Counted from the whole stretch's first letter, positions 28,328-47,136 are shown. The stretch: 61,864 nt of DNA, filler included, from Collodictyon triciliatum (GCA_043381765.1; 5 parts of 5 records of this genome joined end to end with filler, not necessarily neighbours in it); one strand, 5' to 3'. Translations and numbers: made by a program. The notes: a model not told the origin generated them from the letters alone.

Positions 28328-29509
28328 GTGATCATCCCAGCAGGCGCAATAGAAGCTATGCAAAGAGTCGAAGATACCCGAGATCCACCGCAGATATGCA
28401 TAGCCGAGGATGACAGTGGCATGTGCGCGAGCAAGCAGAATATGTTCAACCCTCAAGAAACGATGTTTATCAACCAAAAAGAATACAACACCACAATTGA
28501 GTCAGGCATCTTCCACAAAGTGGACCTAAGCAACAGCATAAAATCGCTGTCCATACATGATCAAATAGATAGCATATCCACAAACTCGTCTGGATTGATA
28601 GATTCTAAAAAGTACTTGTCGATCATGGACAAGGCTGACTCGTTGTTGCAGCAAAATGAAACCTCTACACATTCCCTGCAAAGCTTATTTGGATCACCCT
28701 TCTCCATGGAACTCATTTTCCCTCGTAAAGGAACATATGATAGCCTCACACAACACGAAAATACCAAGTTCTGTCTCTATGATGTCGAAGTCTCATCATC
28801 TTATTCTCTTGCTTCTAGCGATAATAGAATTATGGAGGCTAATCGATTTTCTCAACGAAACTTGATGGGTAATGCCCAGTTTGGGGAACAAATGCCTGAC
28901 TATAGATTGCAAGATATCCCATATGTTGTGTGGTGGATAGTCGCTTACAAATCCGATCTTTCTGCATTCTCAGAGTCCCTCAAAGAATCCCTCAAAGAAT
29001 CCCTCATTGCCAAAAAGTTTACTATCGAGGAGGATAGCCTCGCATTTTTCCCACCTTTCCAGACTTTTGTGTTTCGTGCTTCACATGTTGACTATGGCCT
29101 GGTCTTGATTGAGGTAGAGGGTGCGCCTTTATTTGTCAAGCCTATGCCACAAATAGTAATGAATCTCCATAGCACCGAAACCATTCCGTCACAAACCGAC
29201 TTCAGTCTTATTCGGCGATATGAGGCCCATCCACTCTTATTTTCCCAGGAAGATACATGGAAGTGGATTCCTTCCCATAGATTCGATTGGGCCAAATTCT
29301 CAAAAGATCTCCAACAAGGTGACTCGCGCGAATTAAAGGATGGTCGCCTTTATTTTTGCGTCGATAAAATCAAGGTCTCCTGTCGAATAATTATCCAGCA
29401 AGGCACTGAGACCGCAGGTTATCGAGCGTATGAAGAAGCCAGTGATAAAGGTATTGTTGTCTGCATACTAGGCACCCACAACGGATACACAGTCATATTC
29501 AGCAGATAA
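28328..29509 (+). CDS. Uncharacterised protein, probably the large terminal exon of a gene whose 5' part is missing
   Basis: 393-codon non-repetitive open frame preceded by a pyrimidine tract and CCCAG/CAG acceptors (~28340). No family motif recognised. Confidence 0.65.
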   Translation: MIIPAGAIEAMQRVEDTRDPPQICIAEDDSGMCASKQNMFNPQETMFINQKEYNTTIESGIFHKVDLSNSIKSLSIHDQIDSISTNSSGLIDSKKYLSIMDKADSLLQQNETSTHSLQSLFGSPFSMELIFPRKGTYDSLTQHENTKFCLYDVEVSSSYSLASSDNRIMEANRFSQRNLMGNAQFGEQMPDYRLQDIPYVVWWIVAYKSDLSAFSESLKESLKESLIAKKFTIEEDSLAFFPPFQTFVFRASHVDYGLVLIEVEGAPLFVKPMPQIVMNLHSTETIPSQTDFSLIRRYEAHPLLFSQEDTWKWIPSHRFDWAKFSKDLQQGDSRELKDGRLYFCVDKIKVSCRIIIQQGTETAGYRAYEEASDKGIVVCILGTHNGYTVIFSR

Positions 29510-29943
29510 CCATAAAAGATACAAGAATCTGAATGCTTTCAACTAGACCCGTAGTCTGCTTTTGTTTCAGTGATAATTCAATATGTATATGATACAGGCT
29601 ATGCTTGACTCTTTTCTTCCTTTTTTCTTTCATACATGTATTGTGTCTATAGTATTGCATTCCAAGGCGTGAATGACCTATAATCGAGAAAGCCTGTTTA
29701 CTTCTAGCGAAAATAACAAACATCTCGGTTCTCTTTACGACATAACCAGATACAATCGTCTCTTATGAGGCGAATATACCACACATACCAACGTTGTAGT
29801 GTAGTTTGTGATATAGAAGACTAAGATGACGTTTGATGCTCCCTGTATTTTCTTAATAGCTTATTTTCCGTTTTCTCTTTACTTCTTTGTCCTTTTCTTT
29901 CTTTCTTTCTCTCTTTTTTTTTTGGGTAACGGAGGTGATTCTT

Positions 29944-31712
29944 TTATTGCGAGCAATAACCACACACAATATCATAAGCATTAAGAGTATCACGAAATTT
30001 TGTGCTTGTAAGTTTATTTCGAGGAAAGCAGTGCGCCCTACGAATCGCGTAAAGCATCAACAAGAATCCACTCTGCGCTCTGGGAGGCTGAAAAAAGCTT
30101 GCAATATCGTACCCCCGGAGCAAAGTTGCTCGATACGCTTGTCGGCAGGTAGGCTGAAGCCATGTCGTATTGTAGCTTATTTTCTGCATTTGGTTCAAAG
30201 TACATAGGAGTTCCGAGCCACTATGAGAGAATACAGGGTGATGAAGGTAAGGGTTAGTCGGGTATACGTGAATCATTTAATAACCGCCCAGTGGATGTTC
30301 GAAAGACTTCAGGATATTATTGAGATTAGAATTTGTGTGCTGCCTACATCTGGGCCGTTTGTTCGCAACAAGTCTGGCAGGTAATTGACCTAAAGAGATA
30401 TGCCAGAGACAAATAAATATTGCAAAAAAAGAAAAAGAAAAAGAATAAGAAAAAGAAAAAAGAAAAAAGAAAAAAGAAAAAAGAAAAAAGAAAAAAGAAA
30501 AAAGAAAAAAGAAAAAAGAAAAAAGAAAAAGAAAAAGACATGAAATTGTGTATGCCACATCCGATGCTAGGGCAGGTATATATTGATATCTTCAATAAAT
30601 AAATTGATGGAAAAATATCCACATATTTTCCAGTCCTCTGAAAACGTTCTTTGGTTGTTGAAGAGACATATTTGTTCAGAACAAGTTGGATGACGGCTGT
30701 GGGGGATAGAAATAGTAGTAGTAATAATTTAACCATAATTTTATGGATTAAATTTGAATCATGCGCAATATACTTATATGTTCACTTTAGTTTCTTCTGA
30801 ATATAAAGGCCAGAATTATATTCAATATTATGATTTCTTTGGGTGATGAAGAACCTTCATTCACTTGGGCACATGTTCCTTCCAGTTTTGACGAGGTGAT
30901 GTTTAATTTCAACAATAAAAATTCTTGCCTGGATTTCATAATTGGTAACATGAAATCAGAAATTTATTTGAAAGACAAATCAAATAAGAGAATGACGGGG
31001 AGCATGATACTTTGAATGGATTGACATGAATTTTTTTTTTCTAAAAAAAGGTTGGCAAATTAAAAGCTACATCAAATTTGATTGAAGAATCATTCTTTTG
31101 AAATTAATTGTTATTTTCCAAATGTTATCCAAGAGTAATTCAATATGAGGAGAGTGTTAGACCTCTATAAAGGAAGTAGAAAAAGGAGGAAAAAAATGAA
31201 CAAGGATGATACCCAAATGTTTTACACATGGTTTCTATGGGGGCCACATAAGCAGAAGGACTGTCAGACGGATTGGGCGTGATGGGATTGTAAGTGTGCA
31301 GCGATATCTAGGTTTTTTTTTTGGAACAGGATTGAATAAAACGATGTGTGGGAGGATGCAAGCTTAATAATAGAAATTATGTGTCGAGTAAAAGTAAATA
31401 TGCATAACTTACCAGAGCAGGGGTGACTGTGGTGTTTATGGAACTCTTGCTTTGCTCGAATGGAGTCTGCTCTGTGTACTGAGTGATTTCGAGTGTAAAT
31501 TTATCCAGGTCGTATTCCTCCTAGATAAGTGCACGATTTGTAAGATATCATTGAATCAACTTCCATAAGTGTCTTTTTGGGATTCGAAAACATTTATGTA
31601 GTACTTTACATTTCACTGATGCAAACGCTATGGAAAGCAAGGAAGGAATACAGGAAGAATAAAACAGACTCACGAGTTTTGCGATCATATACTGAGAATG
31701 TTTGCACCAGAA
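29944..31712 (-). CDS. Uncharacterised multi-exon gene, 5'-partial (cut by contig end); 3' exon structure uncertain
   Basis: AG..GT-bounded exons splice in frame: FWCKHSQYMIAKL|EEYDLDKFTLEITQY...TPAL|ISLHTYNPITP...CKTFG|QEFLLLKLNIT. Confidence 0.55.
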
Positions 31713-31813
31713 ACCTAAATGCATAAAAAAAAAAGCAAAAAGCAAAAAAAAAAAAAGATAAAGTATAAAGTATAAAGTAGAAGAAAAAAACAGGAAAGAG
31801 AGAATTTTGGTAC

Positions 31814-31913
31814 NNNNNNNNNNNNNNNNNNNNNNNNNNNNNNNNNNNNNNNNNNNNTTAATTAATTAANNNNNNNNNNNNNNNNNNNNNNNNNNNNNNN
31901 NNNNNNNNNNNNN
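31814..31913. other. Artificial contig-joining linker
   Basis: TTAATTAATTAA at 31858-31869 within N runs. Confidence 0.95.
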
Positions 31914-32463
31914 TGTTTTTTTGTTTTTTTGTTTTTTTGTTTTTTTGTTTTTTTGTTTTTTTGTTTTTTTGTTTTTGGTACGTCTAAACTGAAGTATTGT
32001 CACTTGTGCCCACTGGTATATTTTACCTCTGGCGCTTTCTAGTGTTTTCGCTGCTTGTCATTTATTGATCTTCTACGGTGATAACCAACCCTCCTCCATC
32101 CCCGACCAGCGTTGGAACTTATTTCAGATAAAAAGGGCATGATAGAGAAAAAGGGAAAAAGAGAAAAAGGAAGAGAAAAGAGAAAAAAGATTAAAGAGAA
32201 AAAGAGAAAAGAGAAAAAGAGGAAAAGAGAAAAAGAGAAAAAGAGAAAAAGAGAAAAAGAGGAAAAGAGAAAAAGAGGAAAAGAGGAAAAGAGAAAAAGA
32301 GGAAAAGAGAAAAAGAGAAAAAGAGAAAAAAAGAAAAAGAGAAGAAGAAAAAAAGGTGAGAAAGAGACAAAAGACTTGACTGCAGGAAGAACGTTCTCAG
32401 AGTCAATACCTATCACGAAGCTGGAGGCGCTAAATTCTGAACCTTGATACAAGTTAGCTTCGG

Positions 32464-35400
32464 ATGAGTGTCGAGCGTCCCTTCACAAGAGGAGTGCACC
32501 GCGTCCAGTCTCACTCAGACGCTCTGGCAGCCAGAAAAATCAGCCCAACAACGATTCTGTGTCTCTTCCTTGTGTTCAGTCTCGCCCGATCTTTGAAGAT
32601 GACAGCCTACGATTCTATGTTTGCGAATCCATATCCCTTGCCTCGTGGAAACATGTCTTCCATTTCAAAGACTACTTCCTTATATTCATTATTTATAAAT
32701 CAAAATAAGATGTGATATTGAATTATTGTGTATTATTGTGTATTATTGTGTATTATTGTGTATTATTGTGTATTATTGTGTATTATTGTGTATTATTGTG
32801 TATTATTGTGTATTATTGTGTATTATTGTGTATTATTGTGTATTATTGTGTATTATTGTGTATTATTGTGTATTATTGTGTATTATTATCTANNNNNNNN
32901 NNNNNNNNNNNNNNNNNNNNNNNNNNNNNNNNNNNNNNNNNNNNNNNNNNNNNNNNNNNNNNNNNNNNNNNNNNNNNNNNNNNNNNNNNNNNTTATCTAG
33001 TATTATCTAGTATTATCTAGTATCATCTATTATCATCTATTATCATCTATTATCATCTATTATCATCTATTATCATCTATTATCATCTATTATCATCTAT
33101 TATCATCTATTATCATCTATATTTCAAGAATAACCGAATATCAATATATCCTGCTGAAAAGCTTCAGAGCTGATCATATTTTCTTCGCTGATAAATTAGG
33201 GATGGCCACAAGCTCACAGAAACGACCTTCTGTGAGAGTTCTGAAGGAGACATACACAAACTGTCCCACGATGAAGCCATCGAGCTGTTGGTGAGGTTAA
33301 GAATATCAACCTGTCTTGTGCGAAAGCAGCTCTATGTTGGAGAACGAGAAGGTATGCATGAAAAGAAGTAAAAAAAAAATCACTCATTTTCTCACTATAC
33401 ATGGCTTTGTGTCTTAATTTTTACTCCACTAGAGGAGTACCTCAGAGAACATTTGCTTGGCTCTGAGAAAAAGAATGAGGCAAAATCTTCTGAAAGATTT
33501 GTAAACAAAAGCATAATCGACGATGAGTACAAGTCAGCAAGGTTATTTGACCCGACATATGTCACACTGCTTTCGTTTTACAACAAAATGGGAGGCAAAA
33601 ACTGGCTCATACAAACCAATTGGAAAAACGTAACCATATCGTTCTGTGACTGGTTCGGTATAACGTGTTCCTATACTCCAAAGTTCGACAAAGTAAGACC
33701 ATACTTTACTTTTAAGAATTATTTCAAACTTTATTTTGCATCAAAGATATTGCTATTTTTTTAAAATATACCATTTTGATCCATAGAAGAAAGCAACCCC
33801 CTCAATCGTAGCCATAACCCTGATTTCTAATAATCTGAAAGGCGACTTTCACTTAGTCCAAAAAGAACTTGAATCTTTGGTATACCTGCAATCTTTGGAG
33901 TTGACAGACAACAAAATATCGGGCCATATTCCTAATTTTAACTCTACAAACTTGGAAAAACTGCTTCTCTCAGGAAACTATATCAGTGGGACTTTGCCAT
34001 CATTCTCCCACATGGCCATGCTTCGTGAATTGGCCCTTACATCGAATTACATTGAAGGCAACATACCTTCTTACAGTGATTTACCACAACTACAGAATTT
34101 ATTTCTTGATTCGAATAGCTTGAATGGAACTCTTACCCAAATCGAAACGCATCTTATCACATTCTATTACGTTGGAAATAATTTTCTGACTGGCACTTTA
34201 CCGAATCTAAGAGATTTACCACTTCTTACATCCCTTTCATCTGATGCGAATAGACACTACGGCACACTTCCCAACTTCGACTATCTTGAAAGCTTGGAAT
34301 TCCTCTCGATGTCCTCAACTTTTCTTTCAGGCTCTATACCATCTTTCCCCAAATTGAAGAAATTGAAGAGTTTGCTACTGATGGTGAACGAATTTTCTGG
34401 GCAACTCCCTGAATTCATAGGAAGTCCGCAATTAAAGGAGATATTCATTACCTCAAACAATATATCTGGACCAGTTCCCACCTTCAAATTCAATCCATTG
34501 CTGGCATACATTCGACTTGGCCGCAACTCTTTCAATGAACCGCTTCCTACTTTCCCTTTGACTCCTATGGCAGAAAAGGTCCATTTATATGGAAACAAAT
34601 TTTATGGACTAATTCATAACTTTGTTGATAATCCCATGATTTCGGGCCTATATATCCATGAAAACAGGTTAGGTGGTCCTGTTCCTGAGCTTTACAACCT
34701 CGAGTTTTTGACCGACCTCGATTTGTCATTCAACCTCCTGGAGGGAAGTATACCTCCATTTAATTATGCTAGCCTATTCTCTTACAGCGTTGCTGGGAAT
34801 AAACTTATTGGGACTTTCCCATATATTAACTCTTCTAATCAACTGGTGACTCTCGACATTTCCAACAACCATTTAACGGGTAGAGTGCCCATAGAGTTAA
34901 ACTCTCCATCTATGAAGCTTTTAAATTTTGCTCGAAACAACTTTACGTCGTTTCTAGGTTTGAATGATTTCCCTCTCTTCTATCTGAATGGTTTCGGAAA
35001 CCAGATATCTGGGTCCTTACCAAAGTACCTTCCTTTCGATATGAGCATCATCGATTTTTCGGAAAACAATTTTACAGGCTCGATTCCCGATATCTACTCG
35101 TTGGCCAGCAAACTATCTGCATTTTTTGTCTCTGGGAATGGTCTTCGGGCAGACCCGAATTCTACCTACAAGCTCCCATCTTTTATGAGGCCAACCCAAC
35201 GCTACCAGATGATAGGCACAACCTTTTCATACACATGCCCAATCATTGAGGCTTTTGGAACAGGGGCGACCGTCGATATAGATCCAGCTTATTATTACTA
35301 TGAGTTTTGTAAATGTCTTCCTGGGAGCTATGGTTCCAACGGCTATTGTGTCGAATGTAATCCAGACAAGAACTGTGATTGCCCTGGGGAGGATTATATG

Positions 35401-37687
35401 AATGATTGCTGGCCTACACCATCTTCGTCAGATGTCAAGTCAATTATATCGTGTCCATATCCAAAGTCTTGTTCAGTTCGGCCAGACGGAAAGACTTGCG
35501 AAGCGGGTTACGAGGTTTGTTTGCATTCACTTATTTTTCAATGATCTTTAAAGCTTTTTTTGAACATTTTGTGGGAAAAAAAAGTGTATCAAATCCTTTC
35601 TCAACCATTCATGATTTATATTTAAGAAAAGTATTGTCAAAGCTGCGTGCTGTCACGTATCATAATTTCCTCTCAACGATAATTAAAAAAAAAAGGACCG
35701 TGTTTGTTCCAGATGCTCCAAGGACTATTTTCTTCAAGGTCAAGAGTGTATAAAATGCAAGGATACTTACGCCCCGTTGTTTTTGTTTTTGATGGCCATC
35801 CTGTTTGTCTTTTTTGTATCATATCTACTCAAGACTCCACCAAAGGATACTGGTTAGTTGTAAAATTTTATCTGACTTTATGGCATATTTAATTATTTGC
35901 GGTTATCTATGAATTTAAAAAATCACTTTGCAAATAATCAAAACAGTGTCCTTATCTAGGTATGGTAAAAACATTGCTGTTTCATGTCCAGACTTTGTCT
36001 ATCTTGTCCAGCAATATTTTGAATCTAGGTTCCGAGACTTCTGCTTTTTATGAAATAATTTCAGCACCCTTCAATGCTTCTCTTCCCACCAAGGTTCTCC
36101 ATTTTATTCAATTCGAAAGAATATAACAATATCAATTTTCTCTGACCCGAGTGTATGTGCCCTTACCCCACATCTTGCTCTCTGATTGTCTACTTTAAAA
36201 TATGTAGCCTTATTTCTTTGGATATATTGGATTTGAGGTGTGAGTATTATAATGAATTAGTATAAGCTTGGATAACTTTTATTAGAACTGTCTTTTTGGA
36301 GAGCTTCCTGTATTTACCGCTGTTTTGATTAAATTTTTTATGGCAATAATCCTTTTCATAATAATAATCGCGCCGAAGAGGTTTTTAGCGTTGGATGAAA
36401 TCAACAAAGTATAAACTCTTTATTGATATATAGTATGATATAGTAAGTAAAGTTCTCCTAAACATGTGCTATATTTCTTTACAGGTGATTTTCATCGCAG
36501 TTTTTATGCTGCACTCTTTGTATTATGGAACTAGTTTGGATGTTTTCAGTGCATTTGGTTGTGTATTATACGATTCCGGTACTGAAAAATGGTATTTGGG
36601 TGTGGTTCCTTGGTTGCAATGTTCCCCATCCACCAAAGAGTATCAAAACTTTGTTGCGGTTGCTGTTGTGTGCTTTTTCACGTATACTTTGAGCTTCCCT
36701 ATATCACTCGCTTACTTGTTAAAAAATCTTGGAACACTAAAAGATGACGATTCGGTGCAGAGACGCTTCGGATTTCTTTATCTTCCATATCGCAAGGTAT
36801 CTAGTTTATCTAGTCAATCCTCAATATTTATCGATTTTATTTATTTGTTGGTATATGTCTTCTCATCGAGACCATTTTCTTTTAAAATTACACCAAAATT
36901 CAAAAATAGAAAGGAAGAAATCCCTCATTTAGTCATTTAAATGAAAATAACAACTATTTAACCTTAAGAAATGCTATTGGTGGGAAGCTGTTATCGTCTT
37001 GCGAAGACTGCTTATTAGTATCATTCTCACATGTGTTCCTTACGACCGCCCATACTTGCTCGCCATTTTGATCTTTTTAGTTTTGCAGGTTATTACGCGA
37101 TATGTTTTAAATTTTGTAGTTTTCAAAGGGAAAAAAAGAAAAAGGAAAAGCCTGGAAGTTTGGGATACCTGAGCTATGTGGAAACTAACTCTATCTACGC
37201 ATCGCAGACCAGCATATATGCTCAACACTCCTTCCAGCCGTTTAAAAACACATCAGAAAATCACTTCGAGTTGGTTAGTCTGTACATGATTCTGTTTTCT
37301 TTCTTTATCGGCTACGTTTCCACACTCCAGGATTTGGGAGATTTAGTTTTCTTGTTCATCGGATTTGCTAATCTCATTGTATTGACCGTGTATCTGGTAT
37401 TAAATTACTCTGTGATGATGCAACATGCAAAAGAATCATACGGTTATATGCAATCATGGGCTGTAAATGTGTGGCGTTCTTTATTTCCACCCAAGCCTTT
37501 GAAGCAAATAAATACCGATGTTCCGGACCAAATCGATTTGGTTGCAACCTCGACTTGTTCTCGGGTACCGTCTGCAGAATGGTCGCCATTAAGGAGTGAA
37601 GAATCCGCTGAGACGCTTAAATTGATGTTGCCAGAGAGCAAGACATACACAGACAACCAGCCGCCCAGCACAAACTCATCAAAATGA
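32464..37687 (+). CDS. Receptor-like membrane protein: LRR ectodomain, Cys-rich stalk and multi-pass TM domain
   Basis: Hydrophobic N-terminal segment (TILCLFLVFSLARS), an LRR N-cap (LLSFYNKMGGKNW...FCDWFGITC) and many LxLxxNxLxGxIP repeats (33800-35150). These are followed by CKCLPGSYG..C..C / CEAGYE|DRLCSRC Cys-rich modules and several TM helices with FGFLYLPYR..YWWEAVIVLRRL. Stop at 37685-37687. The start codon is tentative. Confidence 0.85.
32722..33120 (+). repeat. (TATTATTGTG)n and (TATCATCTAT)n intronic 10-mer repeats
   Basis: Directly visible. Confidence 0.95.
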
Positions 37688-37784
37688 TGATAAATCGATT
37701 GCATATCCAGAATCTTTTGGTGCATTACAGACAAAACTTTTGCTTCTTGTTGTTTGATATGTGTGGGATTCAAGGAGTGCTTTT

Positions 37785-37876
<92 letters not shown>

Positions 37877-37878
37877 TC

Positions 37879-37978
37879 NNNNNNNNNNNNNNNNNNNNNN
37901 NNNNNNNNNNNNNNNNNNNNNNTTAATTAATTAANNNNNNNNNNNNNNNNNNNNNNNNNNNNNNNNNNNNNNNNNNNN
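37879..37978. other. Artificial contig-joining linker
   Basis: TTAATTAATTAA at 37923-37934 within N runs. Confidence 0.95.
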
Positions 37979-38106
37979 TTTTTTTGATAGAATGTAAAAA
38001 AAAAAAAAAAAATAAAAATTTTAATTAAAAAAAAAAAGAAAAAAAAAAAAAAAAAAAAAAAAATAGGCCATGCGGTTGGGCATCATTAAAAGATAGACCA
38101 TCTTAC

Positions 38107-42782
<4,676 letters not shown>

Positions 42783-42803
42783 GGCTGTGTCTCTGTGTCT
42801 CTG

Positions 42804-42854
<51 letters not shown>

Positions 42855-43969
42855 GTTCCTGCACTCGGTTGGTTCTTGGGATTTCTATATGCGCAGTCGT
42901 GCGTATGAAGCTTCCCGATCTTTCTGTCGCAAATGTCCCAGTAGTATCCAAGAAGGAAGCAGCTGCAGTTGTGACTGGAAATGAGGAGGCCAACTGAATA
43001 TTCTTTCCTTCTACCTCTTCTGTTTTCATAAACAGTCCGTATGAACGGATGGAATCAAAAAAAAAAACTTTCAGCGTCACTTTATGCCTGAATTATTCGG
43101 ATAACAACAGCATTTGCAGTGGCCGATACAAGCAGCAAACAAACAAACGATCAGAAGTTTTTGGCCGAGTTTGTCTGCTGCTGCAAAGTTTGTTATGATG
43201 TCTAATTTCATTTCATTTTTTTTTTTTCAATCGTGTTGCTGGGTTTTGATGTGATGAATCTGAGCACGCTCAACGGAACTCTAATCTGGAAAACTAGATT
43301 ACAGTAATCCGGATTTAGGGAGTCCAGATTACAAAACCCCAGTTTTCGGCCCTTCCGTTTGTGTAAAACCCACTTAAGCAGTATAGCCGTTTCTCACCGA
43401 ACAAGTATATATTTGTTTTTTTCCCTTCCACATCAGAAAATTGTCGGCAACGCAGAAATAACCCAGCGTTATGTGTTGGGTCGCCTGCCACACCCACAAA
43501 GCCGATCGGAGCCACGCCGGCCTCGCAGACTACGATCACTTGAAACACGGCTGGCTGAGAATCTGATGGAAGAGAGAAGGAAAAAGAGCGAAAGACAGAA
43601 AGAGCGCTGTTTGATCCATAGAAACCCACCCCACGCAATTCCACCCTTCTTTGTTCACAAGAGCTTGGTTCGCAGCCAGAACCTTTGTGCTTTCATACAT
43701 TTCGGGTTTGCACTTCCACCTCCTTACGAAGCTTGCGAACAGCCCAATTGGTTTCGGCTTATGGGATATGCATAGGTTTCATGAGGCAGATAATACTTTC
43801 ATTTTGTGTCTGGTTACATACTAACAAGGAGATCTCTGCGGCTATGTGTCGGACTTTCCATCCAATATCCCTTTTCTCAACCTGTGCGTCGACTGAGAGA
43901 TTAACTTGTCCAAGCAGTGCACTCACCTTGCAAACCTCACATAGCCAAGAAAGAAAGCTAGAGGCAGGA

Positions 43970-45463
43970 ATGGGTGATCCTTTTTGTTGCTTTACTGTCA
44001 GCCAAGGAGAAGTCGGAGTGGTGGAGCGTTGTGGAGCCTTTAACAGCATCGCCCAGCCCGGTCTGCAGTGCAAAATCCCCTGCTGCGACAGCGTTGCTGG
44101 CCATGTTAACCTCCGTGTCCAGGTGATCTTAGTATTCCCTCAAGGCACGATCTGTTCTTCTCCTTCAATATCTTAAAACGAACAAGCGGGTGCATGAATG
44201 GGCTATCCCTCGCTGACATTCTACTGATCGGCACTTTCTCTGTGTAGACCATCAACTCGAAGGTTGAGTCGAAGACAGCTGACAATGTTTTCGTGGATGT
44301 CGCCGTGAGTTTATGTCTTCTCTCGAAGCAGATGGCCTTATTGAGTTGATCCTAGCCCCATGACGCACCCTATTCGTTCCAGTATTCAGATCCGCACTTA
44401 CGCTATATTATTTTGTTATTTATAAAATGACCTAAAATTATACTTTCTGTGTGCACTTAGTTGGTGATTACCTTCAAGACCGAGCCCGCAGAGGCCAAAA
44501 ATGCTTATTATGTACTGAACGACCCAACCAGCCACATTGTCGTCTGTGTCCAAGCCATCCTGCGTACCACAGTCCCCACAATGACCCTTGATGAGGTTGA
44601 CTTTTTTCGTTTTCTTTGTGCATATTTCATAGACAGGTATTTATCTTTCAAGATCTCGGACGAAACTGTATCATCGCCCTTACTCCAATTTGAAACAGCT
44701 CTTCGATAACAAAGACAAGCTTGCCAACACTGCTCGCGCTGAACTCGCTGAGGACCTTGTCAACTCTGGCTACAAAGTCCTTCAAGTCCTCGTTTCCGAC
44801 ATCGACCCCGCTTCCAATGTCAAGAACGCCATGAATGAGATCAATACCCAGGAGCGCCTTCGTGTTGCCACCGTCGCAAAGGCGAGTTTTCTCCTTTTTT
44901 TCTCTCTTTTTTTTTTAACTCACATATGCTGCGTCTTTGGGTCCCCAGATTAACATCGAGTTTCTCGTGTTCGCAGGCTGAAGCCAACAAGGTCACCCTG
45001 GTGAAGAATGCCGAAGCAGAGGCTGAAAGTAAATATCTCTCTGGTGTCGGTCTTGCCAAGCAAAGAAAGGTGAATATCTAAACACAGAGTTTTCCCGATT
45101 ACAGAAGGAAGGAAGGAAGAAGAAAAAAAGATACAATAAGAAAACACTAGCTCCTATCCTTACAAAATAGTATACCCTTTCAATCCTGTTTACGAGTATC
45201 TATTTCCCTGTGCATAGGCCATCATCGACGGTTTGGGCACATCCATCCTTGATTTCTCCCAATCGGTCTCTGGCGCCAACCCGCGCTCTGTTATGCAGCT
45301 TGTCATGATGAATCAGTACTTTGACACTGTGAAGGAAATTGCGGCCCATTCGCAGTCAACAAACATCTTCATCTCACACAATCCGTCTGCCATCAACGAA
45401 CTGGCCCAGGAAATCCAGGGCGTGCTGGGTGGTGACTTCAACCGCAAGCTTCACACCGAATAA
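43970..45463 (+). CDS. SPFH/band-7 domain protein, HIR (hypersensitive-induced reaction)-like, 6 exons
   Basis: MGDPFCCFTVSQGEVGVVERCG, LRVQ..ESKTADNVFV, DIDPASNVKNAMNEIN..RLRVA, AEAESKYLSGVGLAKQRKAIIDGL, QYFDTVKEI. Confidence 0.92.
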
Positions 45464-46529
45464 ATCAGTCGCACAAGCTGGATTTGCTCCGTGGACAAGT
45501 GCGGGCGCGGCCCCTCTGGAACCCTGCCGACGTTTCTGGCTGCTCTTGCATCATTCTTATTCTTTCCCCTTCTGCCCCTGCGCGTTGCATCTACAATGAC
45601 TTTAGCTCCCACATCACCCGCCTCTGATGAATCATGCCACTACCATAACATTTCCTGTGAACATCTGCTAATCCTATTGTTCCCCGTGTGGCACCAGCAA
45701 ACAAAGTAATAAAGTGCGGCTGATGAGCCGAAAAGCAAATATACAGAGGTGGAAGGAAAACGCAGCAGAGCGAGTTCATTGTTTTTTGCCCATTTCGGTT
45801 CAGCATTGGGTGGTCGTCTATTTTCCACATATGAAATATAAATCTGGGTTACTTTATCCCACATTGTTTGGTTGTCTGAATCCTTCCAGAGCCAAAACAT
45901 CGAGATCCTCGTTGGCGATCCGCACAACATCACAACACGCATCACAAGTTCTAGCAACCCACCGCGTCCATGCTTGTGTTGAACTATCAGACACCCGCCG
46001 CATTCCTTCTCTTTTTTTCTTTTTCATCTTTTCTTTTTCATTTTTCATTTTCTTCTTTTCATTTTTTCTTTTTCTTCTTTTCATTTTTTCTTTTTCTTCT
46101 TTTCATTTTTTCTTTTTCTTCTTTTCATTTTTTCTTTTTCTTCTTTTCTTTTTCTTCTTTTCTTTTTCATCTTTTCTTTTTCTTCTTTTCATTTTTTCTT
46201 TTTCATTTTTGCGTCACTATGAAGCAGCTACTATATTATCAATGTAATGCTAACTACTGAAGATATCCTTAAAACCCCCATATCTCTTGGATTTTAAGAG
46301 AAACACGTATTTTATTTCAAAGACAGCATTTGGCCTAGTGTATTTTTTTCAAACATTTCCACATTTTCCTTTGTTTTTTTTTTTTGTTTGTTTTCTTTCA
46401 TTTTTATTTTTTCAGTCCTGAAAACATCACATCATTGTTTAGCTTGGTTCATTCATTATTTTTAAAAAACAAACAAAAAACCTGATGTGTATTAATATCT
46501 GGACTGAAAGCAGAACTCCCCTCGTGTAC

Positions 46530-47042
46530 ATGGCAAGCCGGGCAGGTCATTTTGACAACGAGCTTGTAAGCTCTGTACAGCCCCCAGATCCGCTATCAGC
46601 AAGCCTTCTTCGGATTCAGCAGAGAGATAGGTTTGCAGATAAATTACATATATGTTTCCTATTTTAAAATAGCAAAATCCTTTTAGAGAAATTTTATTAC
46701 AAACATTATATTCTTTAATCGACCGATGCTTTCTCTTTTATTAGTTGATTCTAGGTGAACCTTCATCGAAACTTATCGACCGTTTTTGAGTGAGAACATT
46801 AATATTTACCACTAATTATATTCTTTTTTTCAAATAGGACATTTTTGGTCGCAGATTCCGATGCAGGCCTTCAACTCATTAATTCAAAAGCTTTGAGCCA
46901 AGAAATAAAAAAGATACAACAAAGTATGCTTCGAAACCGACTTAAGAGCGCTATGTTTAACCAATACAAGGTAACTCTATATTCACATGGTTTTTCAATT
47001 GTATTTCAATATTAAAAATCAAGGAATTATTACGTCTTTGAA

Positions 47043-47136
<94 letters not shown>

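Noticed and set aside
43315..43775. 109-138 aa ORFs between CFAP61 and the SPFH gene
   Set aside because: No motifs, non-ATG starts and overlapping frames; likely divergent promoter or UTR sequence.
45620..45960. TGATGA box-C-like motifs and short ORFs downstream of the SPFH gene
   Set aside because: No properly spaced box D with a terminal stem or identifiable guide, and no convincing coding signal.
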